Source: Macrostomum lignano
Lineage: Eukaryota
NCBI GenBank assembly: GCA_002269645.1
Contig: NIVC01000070.1
Span: 186,001 to 250,000 of the forward strand
DNA length: 64,000 bases
Direction: 5' to 3'
Both the position numbers and the translations under genes were made by a program. Of the stretch, positions 48,433 to 59,716 are shown one piece after another (the stretch's first letter is position 1; each line of letters starts with the position of its first letter). Below the pieces are notes generated by a model. It did not search any database and had not been told where the DNA came from. It saw only the letters and a program-made list of their open reading frames with translations.

Positions 48433-49217
48433 CTGCGACAGGAAAAATTGAAAGATGAATAATAAGCATAAATAAAATATTAACCAGTTTTGTTATTTAA
48501 AACTAAATATTTAACTTACTGCCTTCCTGGTAGGTCATATTAAAATATTTCAGAACTCTCTGGATTCTTCGAAATCGCCAAGAAAATTCTGCTGCACTTG
48601 CCTCTGAGAGATTTTCTAACAACAGGGCTTGCTTTATACTAAAAAAATATTAGAAACACGGATGCTAGGCCATCTCATGGCGTGCACTAATACTTTTTCT
48701 CTTACCCAGGCTTACCCAGGGTTTACACAGAAATTCACAAACAATTGAATGAAGCATCTTCAAATGGGTCGAATGGAAAAAGATAAAAGAGATTTTTTCA
48801 AAGGATTTTCAAAGCATTTGTTCACTCGTATATAGCTAGTGGGTCTCGTGTTGCAGCATTTTGAGAGCGCAAACACAAGTAGCTAGTGCTCAAGAAGCAA
48901 ACAGGGTATTATTCGTTTTTGCTCTACGAAACTGAGACCATTTTGCAAGGCTAAACTATATGAACTTGGAAAACTGTTTTGAGCAAAATCCGTAATTCTA
49001 AACAGGTTCATTGCTGAATTAAGAGCACATACATTGAAGATATAGCCTGTATAATACGAGCCATTCATAAAAATTTGTGAACTGATTATGCAAAGAACTT
49101 AAACGGTTAATTAATAACTTGACACCAACAGACAGGCTTTAAAGTCGTCTCTGAAAGCTGCATATTTTATTGAATGAAACATGGCGGCTTCTCATCCTTT
49201 TAAATAAAGGTCGAAGT

Positions 49218-49527
49218 GTGGCATGCAGCAGCAAACTAATCAAATACAGAACAAACATGATGGTCATGACCGACTTAATAATTAAAGCTCGGTGTCATTT
49301 TACTTAAACCGCGAGGAAAGGAAAAGCGCAAGACAAGAGGTGGCCGGAAACAAAACCTCTGCGCGATGCAAATCTTGCAAAGGAATTTATTGTTGCTAAG
49401 CATTGAATGGTTGAAGAAAAAACGACAGAAAATGAGCACAAGCGGAGACTGGACTTAATAGCACCCCCCAACACACCAACGTCACACGCACCACATCCCA
49501 ACCAAGCCAACCACCTCACCCCCCCCC
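49218..49527 (+). repeat. 310-bp direct duplication, left copy (partner at 51854-52163)
   Basis: gtggcatgcagc...cctcaccccccccc; no difference from the right copy found by eye. Confidence 0.95.
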
Positions 49528-51853
49528 TGCTAAGGGTGACTACACCAACGTGAAATCCTTCCGGCCCATCAGCCTCACTTCCTTTTGTGTTAAGCTGATG
49601 GAGAGGCTCATCCTGTGGAGGCTTCGAGAGTGCGACCTGCGCTCCGACCCTGTCAGTAAGTACCAGTACGCCTTCCAGCCTGGGAGGACGACTGAGCATG
49701 CTCTCCACGCCATTACCTCCAAAATTGAGAGTGCCATCCTTAGCAAACAACTCGCTTGCGGGTTGTTCGTTGACTTCGAAGGAGCATTTGACAATGTCCT
49801 CTTCCGCTCCTTCAGAAATTCTCTTTCCCGCAGGAATGTAAGACACAGCATTGTTCGCTGGATTTATTTTATGATCCGCAAAAGGTTTGTGACATCCACA
49901 CTTATGGGCGTTACCCTCACCCGGGCGGTGATGAAAGGCGGCCCGCAAGGTGGCGTGCTAACTCCACTTCTCTGGAATCTCGTCATGGACGAACTTCTAA
50001 CCGCTGACATTCCCAGCAGTATCACCAGGGCGGGCTACGCCGATGACGTTGCCGCGGTCGTCAGCGGACCCGACCCCGCCACTCTGCGCAACCTGATGCA
50101 GCAATTCGCCGACAAGGCGGCCGACTGGGCTACACAGCATGGCCTAAAAATCAGCGTCACTAAGACTGTCGCTGTCGTTTTCACCAAGCGCCGTAAGTGG
50201 GAGATGAAAAACCTCACTGTCTATGGCAGAAACATCCCCTTCAAGAAGGAGGTCAAATACCTCGGTGTGACGCTAACGCATGACCTGCGCTGGACGAAGC
50301 ACCTTGATAACGTCATCGGTCGGGCAAAACGCTGCTTTGCCCAGCTGCGCAGAGCCATCGGGCCGACTTGGGGCCTCTCGCCTAGAACGGTCCGTTGGAT
50401 TTATACCGGCATCATCCGGCCCAGTATCACATACGCGAGTCTCATCTGGACTAGCGTGCTGGAGCAGAAGGCCGCCCGTCAGCGGCTGTACCAGCTTCAG
50501 GGCAGCATTTGCCGTGCCATCACAGGTGCGTACCCGTCCACCCCTTACGAGGGGCTGAACACTATCCTTAACCTACCTCCGCTTCACCTATTTATTAGGG
50601 CGGAGGCTATGAAGTCTGCCTCCCGGCTTATCAGAGATAAAACGTTAAATAACGCGCCCTCTGGCTTTATGCCAATGAAAACATTAATCCCGCATATGGA
50701 CTTTGTCCGCCGCGACCTTAACAACATCCACATGGACCTGGGCAATGTGGATAGTCGACCTCCCGCCCTCAACATCAAGAGGGGCTTCAAGACCGCCATC
50801 CCTGGCCGAGACAACATTCCGCTGGATGTCGGTGTGAACCGGCGCAGCCAGGGCATTCACTGCTTCACCGACGGCTCGCTGTTCAACGGCCGCGCTGGAG
50901 CGGGTATTGCCATTTTCCACGAGGGTAAGATGCTTCTCCAGGAAAGTCTGCACCTCGGTGAGAACACCTCAGTTTTCCAAGCTGAAATTTGCGCCATTGA
51001 GCAGTGTGCCCAGCAACTGTTTCAGGCGAACATTAATAATTTTGACATTAATTTCTACACTGATAGCCAAGCTGCTATTAAGGCCTTAACCACTGAGAAT
51101 ATCTCCGCTGCTACAGTATCTCAATGCCACCGCAGTGTGCAATCTCTCTCAGTCCTTAACAGGATTAGAATTATCTGGACACCTGGTCACAGCAACATCC
51201 TGGGCAACGAGCTCGCGGACTCTCTCGCCAAGGAGGGCAGCAACCCAGACGGCAACCACCGTCTGATGAGGCTACCCACCCCCAGGTCGCAAGTCACCCG
51301 CCATATCAACAGGTGGCTCCATCAGCAGCACCAGCTCCACTGGAACAGCTGCACCGAGTACAGGCAGAGCCGCTCTGCCATGCCTAACCTGAACAGGAAA
51401 GTCTCTGATTATCTGATTTCGCTTAACAGAACCGACCTCAGGGAGATGTGCATGGTCCTAACCGGCCACGGATTCTTCCAGAGACATATATCGTTGCAAA
51501 CCGGTTGCCCTCCCACCTGTCCCTTCTGTGGCATAGGAGAGGAGACCGCGGAGCATCACGTCACCTTCTGCCCTTACTTCAACAAGGCGCGGCACAAATA
51601 CCTCGGCCACCCCCAGCGGATGGACGAGCTGACCACCGCGGACAATATCCGAGACCTCCGCGCCTTCGTCCGGGACTCCGGCCGGATGAGGGTCGCCGAT
51701 GCCTCCACTGCGGACCTGCCGACTACTGGCGGGGACTGGGCGCACCCCCAAGGCTAATCCTTGTGCTCTTTTACCTTGGGGTTGCGATAGGGGCCTCGCG
51801 GCCTATTCGCGGCGCCTGCGCCCCCCGTCAGTAGTAAGTAAGTAAGTAAGTAA
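49528..51853 (+). mobile_element. 5'-truncated non-LTR retrotransposon (RT + RNase H + CCHC; I/R1/LOA-type), with (AGTA)n tail
   Basis: Truncated at the start of RT ([18 protein letters not shown]); short 3' UTR; agtaagtaagta tail. Confidence 0.92.
49529..51757 (+). CDS. Non-LTR ORF2 remnant, uninterrupted: reverse transcriptase, RNase H and C-terminal zinc knuckle
   Basis: [24 protein letters not shown]; RNase H FTDGS / QAE / TDSQAA / GNELAD; CPFC-x8-H-x4-C. Confidence 0.9.
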   Translation, partial: AKGDYTNVKSFRPISLTSFCVKLMERLILWRLRECDLRSDPVSKYQYAFQPGRTTEHALHAITSKIESAILSKQLACGLFVDFEGAFDNVLFRSFRNSLSRRNVRHSIVRWIYFMIRKRFVTSTLMGVTLTRAVMKGGPQGGVLTPLLWNLVMDELLTADIPSSITRAGYADDVAAVVSGPDPATLRNLMQQFADKAADWATQHGLKISVTKTVAVVFTKRRKWEMKNLTVYGRNIPFKKEVKYLGVTLTHDLRWTKHLDNVIGRAKRCFAQLRRAIGPTWGLSPRTVRWIYTGIIRPSITYASLIWTSVLEQKAARQRLYQLQGSICRAITGAYPSTPYEGLNTILNLPPLHLFIRAEAMKSASRLIRDKTLNNAPSGFMPMKTLIPHMDFVRRDLNNIHMDLGNVDSRPPALNIKRGFKTAIPGRDNIPLDVGVNRRSQGIHCFTDGSLFNGRAGAGIAIFHEGKMLLQESLHLGENTSVFQAEICAIEQCAQQLFQANINNFDINFYTDSQAAIKALTTENISAATVSQCHRSVQSLSVLNRIRIIWTPGHSNILGNELADSLAKEGSNPDGNHRLMRLPTPRSQVTRHINRWLHQQHQLHWNSCTEYRQSRSAMPNLNRKVSDYLISLNRTDLREMCMVLTGHGFFQRHISLQTGCPPTCPFCGIGEETAEHHVTFCPYFNKARHKYLGHPQRMDELTTADNIRDLRAFVRDSGRMRVADASTADLPTTGGDWAHPQG

Positions 51854-52163
51854 GTGGCATGCAGCAGCAAACTAATCAAATACAGAACAAACATGATGGT
51901 CATGACCGACTTAATAATTAAAGCTCGGTGTCATTTTACTTAAACCGCGAGGAAAGGAAAAGCGCAAGACAAGAGGTGGCCGGAAACAAAACCTCTGCGC
52001 GATGCAAATCTTGCAAAGGAATTTATTGTTGCTAAGCATTGAATGGTTGAAGAAAAAACGACAGAAAATGAGCACAAGCGGAGACTGGACTTAATAGCAC
52101 CCCCCAACACACCAACGTCACACGCACCACATCCCAACCAAGCCAACCACCTCACCCCCCCCC
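51854..52163 (+). repeat. 310-bp direct duplication, right copy
   Basis: Identical by eye to 49218-49527. Confidence 0.95.
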
Positions 52164-52200
52164 CAGCTTAAACGCCCTTACGACCAACACAGTGGCAAGG

Positions 52201-53130
52201 AAGGCTTGCTTTATACTAAACAAAATAGAAAAAATATTAGAAACACAGAATGCTAGGCATTCTTCTAGCGTGCACCAATGCTTTTTCTCTCACCCAGGCT
52301 TACACAGAATTTTTCAAACAATTAAACGAAGCATCTTCAAATGGCTCGAAGCAAAGAGATGAAAAAACTGTTTTTCAAGGGGTTTCAAGGCATTTCTTCA
52401 CTATCGGGGTCTCGTATTGTGGCCGTTTTGAGCGCAAACACAAGGAGTGCTCAAGAAGCAAACCAGGTACGAGCGTATAATTTGTTTTTGCTCTGCGAAA
52501 ATGAGGTCATTTTGCAAAGCTAAACTTAATGAACTTGGAAAAATAGTTTGAAGCAGAATCCGTAATTCTAAAAAGACTAAGTTAAGAGCACAAACATTAA
52601 AGATTTTGCATGTATGATATTCACAAAAGTTGCGAATAGCCTTGAGAAGCAAAGAATTTAAACTTTTTAATAACTTGACACCAACAGAAAGGAAAGGCTT
52701 GAAGTTTTCTCTGGAAAGTGCATGTTTTACTGACTGAAACATGGCTGTTTTGCATCCTTTTAAATTGAAAGCATGCAGCAGCAAACTCATTAAATAAGTG
52801 CGAACAGGTTGGCCATGACCGACTTATTAATTAAAGCTGGGTGTAATTTTAATTAAACCGTGCGGAAATGGAAAGAGCAAGGCCACAGAGGTGTCAAAAA
52901 AACAAAAATCTGCGCAAACCAAAACTTGTAAACGAATTTATCGCTACAAAACATTAAATCGTCCAAAAAGACGACAGAAAAAATTGAGCACACGCGGAGA
53001 ATCGACTAAATAGCACCCGAGCACGGCAGCCCCCCCCCCCCAACACACCAACATCAAACGCACTCACCCCACCCAAGCCTACCGCCTTACCCCCCCAATT
53101 TAAACGCCCTTACGACCAACACGGTGGAAA
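52201..53130 (+). repeat. Diverged tandem paralog of the ~0.9-kb repeat into which the LINE inserted (first copy starts ~48625)
   Basis: gcttgctttatactaaa...cccagg...gcatgcagcagcaaact...ttaaacgcccttacgaccaacac recurs with clear divergence. Confidence 0.65.
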
Positions 53131-54967
53131 GGGAGATATTAAACCACAAGGAAAGAAAAGCAGCAAGACTAGGGGAGGCACGAAACGAAAATTCCAAACA
53201 CTAAACGGGGGAGAGGACAGGAAAGATGACAGGACTAAAAAAGCAGCAAAAACTACTCGTAAAAACGGAGCAGAAATACGGAAAAGCAATCAGTCAATTC
53301 GCAGCCTCAACAGCCGCTCCGATGCGACGAACAGCCACCTGCGCCTGCTGGCCCGCATAGAAATGAACGCATCGCTCTTCCAGTCGCAAATCGCTTTGAT
53401 TTCCTCGCTCGCGATGCCCGCACGCCTCAGCACAGGATGTGCATTGAAAGGTATTCGCAGTTTCTCGGAAGTCCAGTCTGGTGAAGGAGCGAAGATATTG
53501 TAACTCGCGCTGGATACAAGCTGCAGTTGAGCTCATCCAGCTTCCCCCTGACTGCAGGGTGGAAAACAGAGGCCGTGTAGGAGGGTCTATGTCTAGTGCA
53601 GGCTTAGGGGTCGGCAAACTCTGGCCCGTGAAGCCTCTCCACCCAGCCCTCGGGTCCGTAAAAACTTCACAATTGCAATCCGGCCAGCTCAAGTTTAGTG
53701 TCTCTTCTAGCTCTCTTCTTTCAATAATCTCTTCTCTTTCTCTCCTCTCCTCTCCATTCTCTCTTCTCTCTCCTCCCCATTCTCTCCCCTCCTCTTTTCT
53801 CCTCTACCCTCCTCAGTTATACACTAGATTCTCTAGAACATTTTGCGACCCCTGGTCTAGTGAGTTCCGGCTGAAGTGATTTTGGAGCTCACAAAGCGGA
53901 CATAGCGAAGCACTCTTGCAGATGCGGGGCAGAAATAACAACGCCGAACTGATTTGTCTTGATCAGGCGAACCGAAATCTGGACTTCCTTGACGCCAAGG
54001 CGGAGAACGCTGACCAGCACTGCCTTGCCGACGTTCGTCCGGTTGACAGCGGCTGACGATTGGCCGCTTCAAAAGCGCAAGGCAGACCAGCAAGGCGAAA
54101 GAAGTGCTAAAGCGAAGGCGAACGAGCTGGTGATGGCTAGCTCGGGGTTACTGTGATCCCTGCGAGCAAGCTGCAGAAAATTCCAAGAAGTGACAATTCT
54201 ATGGGCTGTTGGTTTGTCTTTTGAATTAATGTTAGCTTAACTATAGCTTGTGTTACTAGTTTGTGACTGTGTTCTTGTGAAAGAAAATTTCCAACAAAAT
54301 TTTCAGTAAAACATTTCTGCAAGATAAAAGACATTTAAACTGAAAACCGTAAAACATGGAAAGGAACATATAGGTATTTGCTCTTCTTTGTGTTTGTTTT
54401 TTTCAATTTTATATCACACAGAAAGCAGAATATTCAACGGGGTGGCTATCTAGTTGCTCACGCAATATACCTGCATGTGAACCTCTAGAAAAGTCGAGCA
54501 AACCGTCACTCCGAACATTGCTGTTGCGAAATCGCATCAGCAAAGCGAGAGCGAGCGATGACAGCCTCCTTAAAATTGATGCGCAGATCGGCCAAGCGGC
54601 CGTCCATGTTCGAGTCGAAACCAAAGAAAAACCAATCGCTGAGCAGCGACTGTTAAAAAGGGCTGCGCCGCCACCGATGCAGGCGTCAGTCTCCAGGGCC
54701 ACGGGCCAAGGCGTCGGAGAAGACATGCCGAATCAGACGATCGTGGCAGCACCTTACGGTTGATGCCCAGGCACTGGGCGTCAAACTTACCTCGTTGCTT
54801 TAATCTAAGCTGTAATTATAGTCTTTGTTTTAGCTCCACTTGCTAGTTGCGCTTTCGCTGGGACTCCAGAAGTGACTCACTAATTGCATCTCTCTAGAAT
54901 AGAATTGGTCAAAGTTATCTCTAAATAGGTAGCTAGATAGTTAGTTACAGTTGTAAGTACATGTAGT

Positions 54968-55230
54968 TGTGCTGGCGCCCGTGGTGCTGGCGCCCCTGGT
55001 GCTGGCGCCCCTTGTGCTGGCGCCCCTGGTGCTGGCGCCCCTTGTGCTGGCGCCCCTGGTGCTGGCGCCCCTTGTGCTGGCGCCCCTGGTGCTAAAGCCC
55101 CTGGTGCTAAAGCCCCTGGTGCTAAAGCCCCTGGTGCTAAAGCCCCTGGTGCTAAAGCCCCTGGTGCTAAAGCCCCTGGTGCTAAAGCCCCTGGTGCTAA
55201 AGCCCCTGGTGCTAAAACCCCCGGTGCTAA
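54968..55230. repeat. 15-nt minisatellite (GCCCCTGGTGCTAAA / GCCCCTKGTGCTGGC)
   Basis: Direct tandem units. Confidence 0.93.
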
Positions 55231-56408
55231 ACTTACTGGATCTAAAGCCCGCAATCAAAATAAAGGCACCCAAAATACTTGCAGTTTTTCAGCATAGAAC
55301 CATCATCTACTAGAAAAATTGGCGCATTCGCATGCAGAAAATCAAAGCATTTTATTGACTCAATCAGAGATTCCAGTTTACAATCAAAGACATTGCTGCA
55401 AAAGTTTGCAAGGAATAAAACAATAACATTAAGACAGATAAAAACAAGCTAACACTGTATATAGGCAAAAATATTTTAAAACGGTGTGAGACAGAGTCAA
55501 TGCGGTAATTTAAGAAAAAATAAGTATAGTGGGCATTTGGCTACCTGTTGCTATCTATAAGGTGTATATATATAATCTATTGCGATTCTTTGCTCCGATT
55601 TCCGATCTCTTTTGAGTATGAAATTAACGAATATTCTTGCTGGCTTTTATTTGTTTGCAGAGTAGACCCGAAAAATTAGAGTTCAAGCAAAATAAGCGTT
55701 AGAGAGAACCATTCAGAGAGTATAAAATAGGAATGATGTCGATTTAGCAAAGTTGACACACTTTTTATTACTTTAATGGTTTTTTAATAATTTATAAAAA
55801 ATGATTGTTCATTTATAACAATTTAATAATAATTGTTTATAATTCATAGTTTCTTACCAAAATTACGCCGACTCAGCGGCCGCGATGCGAGACTATAAAT
55901 AGCATAGAGTGGAGAGGGGAGGCAGCTCAAAGCCCCGCACGCACGCAGGGCGCCCGCACCCAACCAACCTACCAAAGCGAGGCTAGGCCTGCGGGGGGGG
56001 GTTAAAACCTGTTTGAAGTCAGATTCCTGCTTCAAACTGACGTGTTTATAATTCATTGTTTTTATAGGCATCAGCTTTTAATTCCTCATTTGCAAGTAAA
56101 AACTCGGTCTGAAGTCTCCTTAAACGTATCTGCTTCCGGAGCCCTGAAATCAGATTAGATTGAAGGGAAGCTTTTGTGTGGATAATCATGCTTCAAAAAA
56201 ATTTCTTCAACGAATGTAAAAATATTTTAAAGAACTATTTATATAACGGAATAAATTCTTTAATTTTTAATTTACTGATGAAATTTTGCTCAGTAAATCA
56301 ACCTCAGAACCATATAAAATGTTACTTTAACTGCCATTTTAAACGAAAAAAGCTAAAGTGCGTAGTTAAGGGAAAGAGGGCGCGGTACAAACTAGCACAT
56401 CGATGTAA

Positions 56409-56963
56409 AGTGTCCCAAAAGTTCCTGGAACCTTGACCAATTTTTATGTTTAAAGTGTCAAACTGAAGATAATTTTTCAACGAAAAAGCTTGTCATTTGA
56501 ATTTCCTTTCTATCTGGTTTTGGGAAAATGTGAAGGAAGGTCAGTACTAGTGTTACACAACCTAGAATGTCTGTGGTGTCCTTTTTCCATTATCAATTTC
56601 TGTGCAAAATTTAATTTTAAATTCGTCAGAAATATGTGGAAACATCTATGGATGAAGCCAGTAAAATTAGATCTAGTGGTGGCAGCGCTTGCAATCATTC
56701 CATACCAAGTGCCTGCTTTTGGTTAAAGACTTGAAGGTGAGTTCTCTCCATAGCCCGGAGAGTCGGCGGAGTCAAGTTTTCGCCATCTACTGGTACTGAC
56801 TGACCTCCACTTTTCCTAGAGTAACTCAACCGAAACCAGATAAAAAGGAATTTCAAATGACGAAGCTTTTTTGTTGAAAAATTATCTTCAGTTTTACACA
56901 AAACATAAAAATTGGTCAAGTTACTGAGGAGCTAGAACAAAGATTCCAGGAACTTTTGGGGCA
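56409..56963. repeat. Inverted repeat pair (~110 bp; 56409-56521 and ~56834-56963), MITE-like
   Basis: ccaaaagttcctggaa...gaccaattttt...actgaagataatttt...ctatctggttt appears on both strands; one arm carries a ~20-bp insertion. Confidence 0.6.
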
Positions 56964-57164
56964 CCCCTCGTAGCTCTTTAAATGATCTTCTGGAGAGAAG
57001 ATTTTAGTAGCAGTAGCTAGGAAAATACTTCACAAATACTCGTAAGTGCTGTTGCTAAAACTGAAGAATTTCTATTCTGCCAATGTATATCAAAGAGAAA
57101 TTACATGTTGGTCCTTAAACGAAACTTCTATTATTAATGATTTACAATGATTACGTAATTTTAC

Positions 57165-58245
57165 CTTTCCGCAGTTGCGGCATTTCACAATCAGAACAAC
57201 AACGCCAGCAATGATCAGTGCTAGAACGATCGCGGATGGAATCCCAATGGCGAGGGACTTCACCAGTAGGCTGTCGAGCGGATTCGAGTCGACTGGGTCT
57301 AAAAGTATAAGAATTGCGGCCGTTCATGATCGCAGCAGTTTCTCAAAAGATGCAGATTTCTAGCATAATTCTTACCTGGACTTTTGGTACTCGGCATCAG
57401 CGTTGCGTTGATTCCGTCAGAGTATCTGGAGCTGGTGGCGCCTCCGTTAGTATCCGTTGTTCTTTCCATCGTTGTTGGAGCAACGGAGGTCACTCTAAAT
57501 TGACATCGAATTCCTGTAAGAAAAAAAGATAAGGACCTGCTGAATTCATTTATAGTCTAGATATTTCTAATAACGAATCTTTCGCTAGAACCGCGAGTTT
57601 TAATTGCACCTCAATAAAGTTACGTAGCTCATATTGTAGATAGGTATACAATTTAACACAGTACTTGAAAATCCGAATGTTCACCGTAAAACTCAGGCGG
57701 ACAGGTACAGTTAAAGAACGGATCGGTGTAAGTCATGGTGCAGGTGCCTCCATTTTGGCACACAGGCAGCGCTGTGATATTCTTGTCAGGCTGCAGGGTT
57801 TTGCAGTAGTCAGCGGCGGTAGCGCAGTTCGGCGCAATGTAAGGCAGCACGCAGATACACGGCGGACTGGGCGTGAATGTGTTGCAGGTACCGCCGTTTT
57901 TGCAGGTGTTCGCTTTGCAGTCTGCTCCATTCTTTTTGGTGACAGCAGCGCAACCTGAATCCGGTAGTTTTATGTAAAACCAAACAAAAATTCTGCTATC
58001 ATTTTAAAATTCGTTATCTCATGGTTTGTCTAATCGCTAAAAGAATCCTCTGGTAAAATCTCAATATGCAAGTAACCGATATTCATATACTAGCTGTAGC
58101 TACATGTAAAATGCTAAATGCTTGACCAATTTAAAAGTTCATCCCAAAATATATTATAGACAAAATGTCAAGAAAACTCACCAATTGCCAATAGTAGTAG
58201 TAACAAAAACGTCAGGTGCTGACTAATACGATCGATCATTGTCAT
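57165..58245 (-). CDS. Gene 2: signal peptide, two EGF-like domains, S/T stalk and TM single-pass protein
   Basis: Exons 58245-58182 (MTMIDR...FLLLLLLAI), 57954-57685 (CKANTCKNGGTC...CIC...C; CQNGGTC...CTC), 57513-57376 and 57298-57165 (SLAIGIPSAIVLALIIAGVVVLIV). GT-AG junctions with consistent phases. Possible last exon 56815-56723. Confidence 0.78.
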
Positions 58246-59716
58246 AACTACTGAGAAATCACCCCGAAAAAGGAAAGGTTCATCGGCGGCAAAGCGGTCT
58301 CACCCGAAATACTTTGGCTGCAAACTACCTTGAAGCGCATCTATACTCGTATACTCGTATATCATAGTTCTGTCTCTTTCTAGCTCAGCTACTCCTCCCT
58401 TGTACCCTGCGCGTCCATGAGAACAAACAATACAGATCGCGCTTATAGTCACTCAGCAAGCAGAGGCGCAGAGAATTTGAGGTAGATGACTGCTGTCTTG
58501 TACTGTCTAGTGTACTTGGGGCTGGCACTGAGTACAGACAGGGAGAGTTTAGAGAGACCCGCAGAGTGCATTTGATGCAGTATGGGGTGTTGGACAGTGC
58601 GGACGAGAGGAATTTCGTCTCCATTTCCTTCCCGACTCTCCAACTCCAACCCTCCGCTGTCTCAATTCTACAGCTTGAAAAGTGCACGGAAAATTGTCTT
58701 CTCGTCTTCATGGCCACGTCTTGCTCTGCTAAATGGGCAAACCTTACAGAAGACATTTTTAGTATTACCAAAAAGACGCCTTTTTTGTTATGTTGATCAG
58801 AAGTATGATTACCATTTTTTCAAAGTTTTTTGTATTTTCACTTTAATTAAAGCACTCAGGCGAATAACGGAATAAATAAAAGGAATACTTCTTTAAAAAA
58901 CACACAACATACGAGCAAATTAACAAGAAACAGTTCGTATTAAGATTTTCTCTATTCTACAATGCTATACTAGCTATAGCAGTGTTTCTGAACTTTCGTG
59001 AATAAGTTGAAAAGAAAGAAAGCATCAGAGGCTCAATAAACATTTCATTGGAAATCATCTTTATAATAAAGAAAACTTCTCATAGCCGCATGAGACAAAG
59101 ATTAAAAGTCTGAATATCGAAACATTTGGCGAGAAACTCCAGGCAGAAATAAAATGTACTTAGGAATACCTATTCGATAGCATAGTGAATACAAACCGCG
59201 TGTCCTTGTGATAGAAATCACGATTATTATGAAATAGTTACAAACTGCTATGAAAGGTAGCAGGAGCATGTCAGAACCGACAAAAATTTGATTACAACGA
59301 TCTTTATTTCTACTTAGGTTATTTCAATAATATTAATTAAGTGACCACTGAAACCACAAATCGTGCTGATTGCTGAAGGTAACTTTTTCAAGTTCGCAAG
59401 GGAATAAGGAAGACTCAATGATTTTAATATTATTTAGAATACAGCTAAAGTAATTTAGCTAGCTGCTCAATTAACTTGGTTGGAAACTTTAAGCTGTAGC
59501 TCCGATGGCAGAATTTCTTTCTATTTCTTTCTATCGAATAAGCAGATAAAAGACTTCGGTTTTGAGGCACCATAATGCTCGCAAACCTGAGTAAGAGTAG
59601 AAACTAAAAAGTTTGAAACGAGTTTTGTGTTCCAGTTTAAACAGTCCGAGCAAACTCCAGTCGTGGATTTGCATCTCCTAGCTCATATTACTCAAGGCGC
59701 AGCAATGTGCGCTGAG

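Noticed and set aside
53280-54790. GC-richer coding-like patches (possible decayed retroelement ORF1 or exons)
   Set aside because: Short frames with stops, no recognisable domain and no consistent splice chain.
54880-55313. GALAP/GAPAP collagen- or elastin-like ORF
   Set aside because: A 15-nt minisatellite open in several frames, with no splice or start support.
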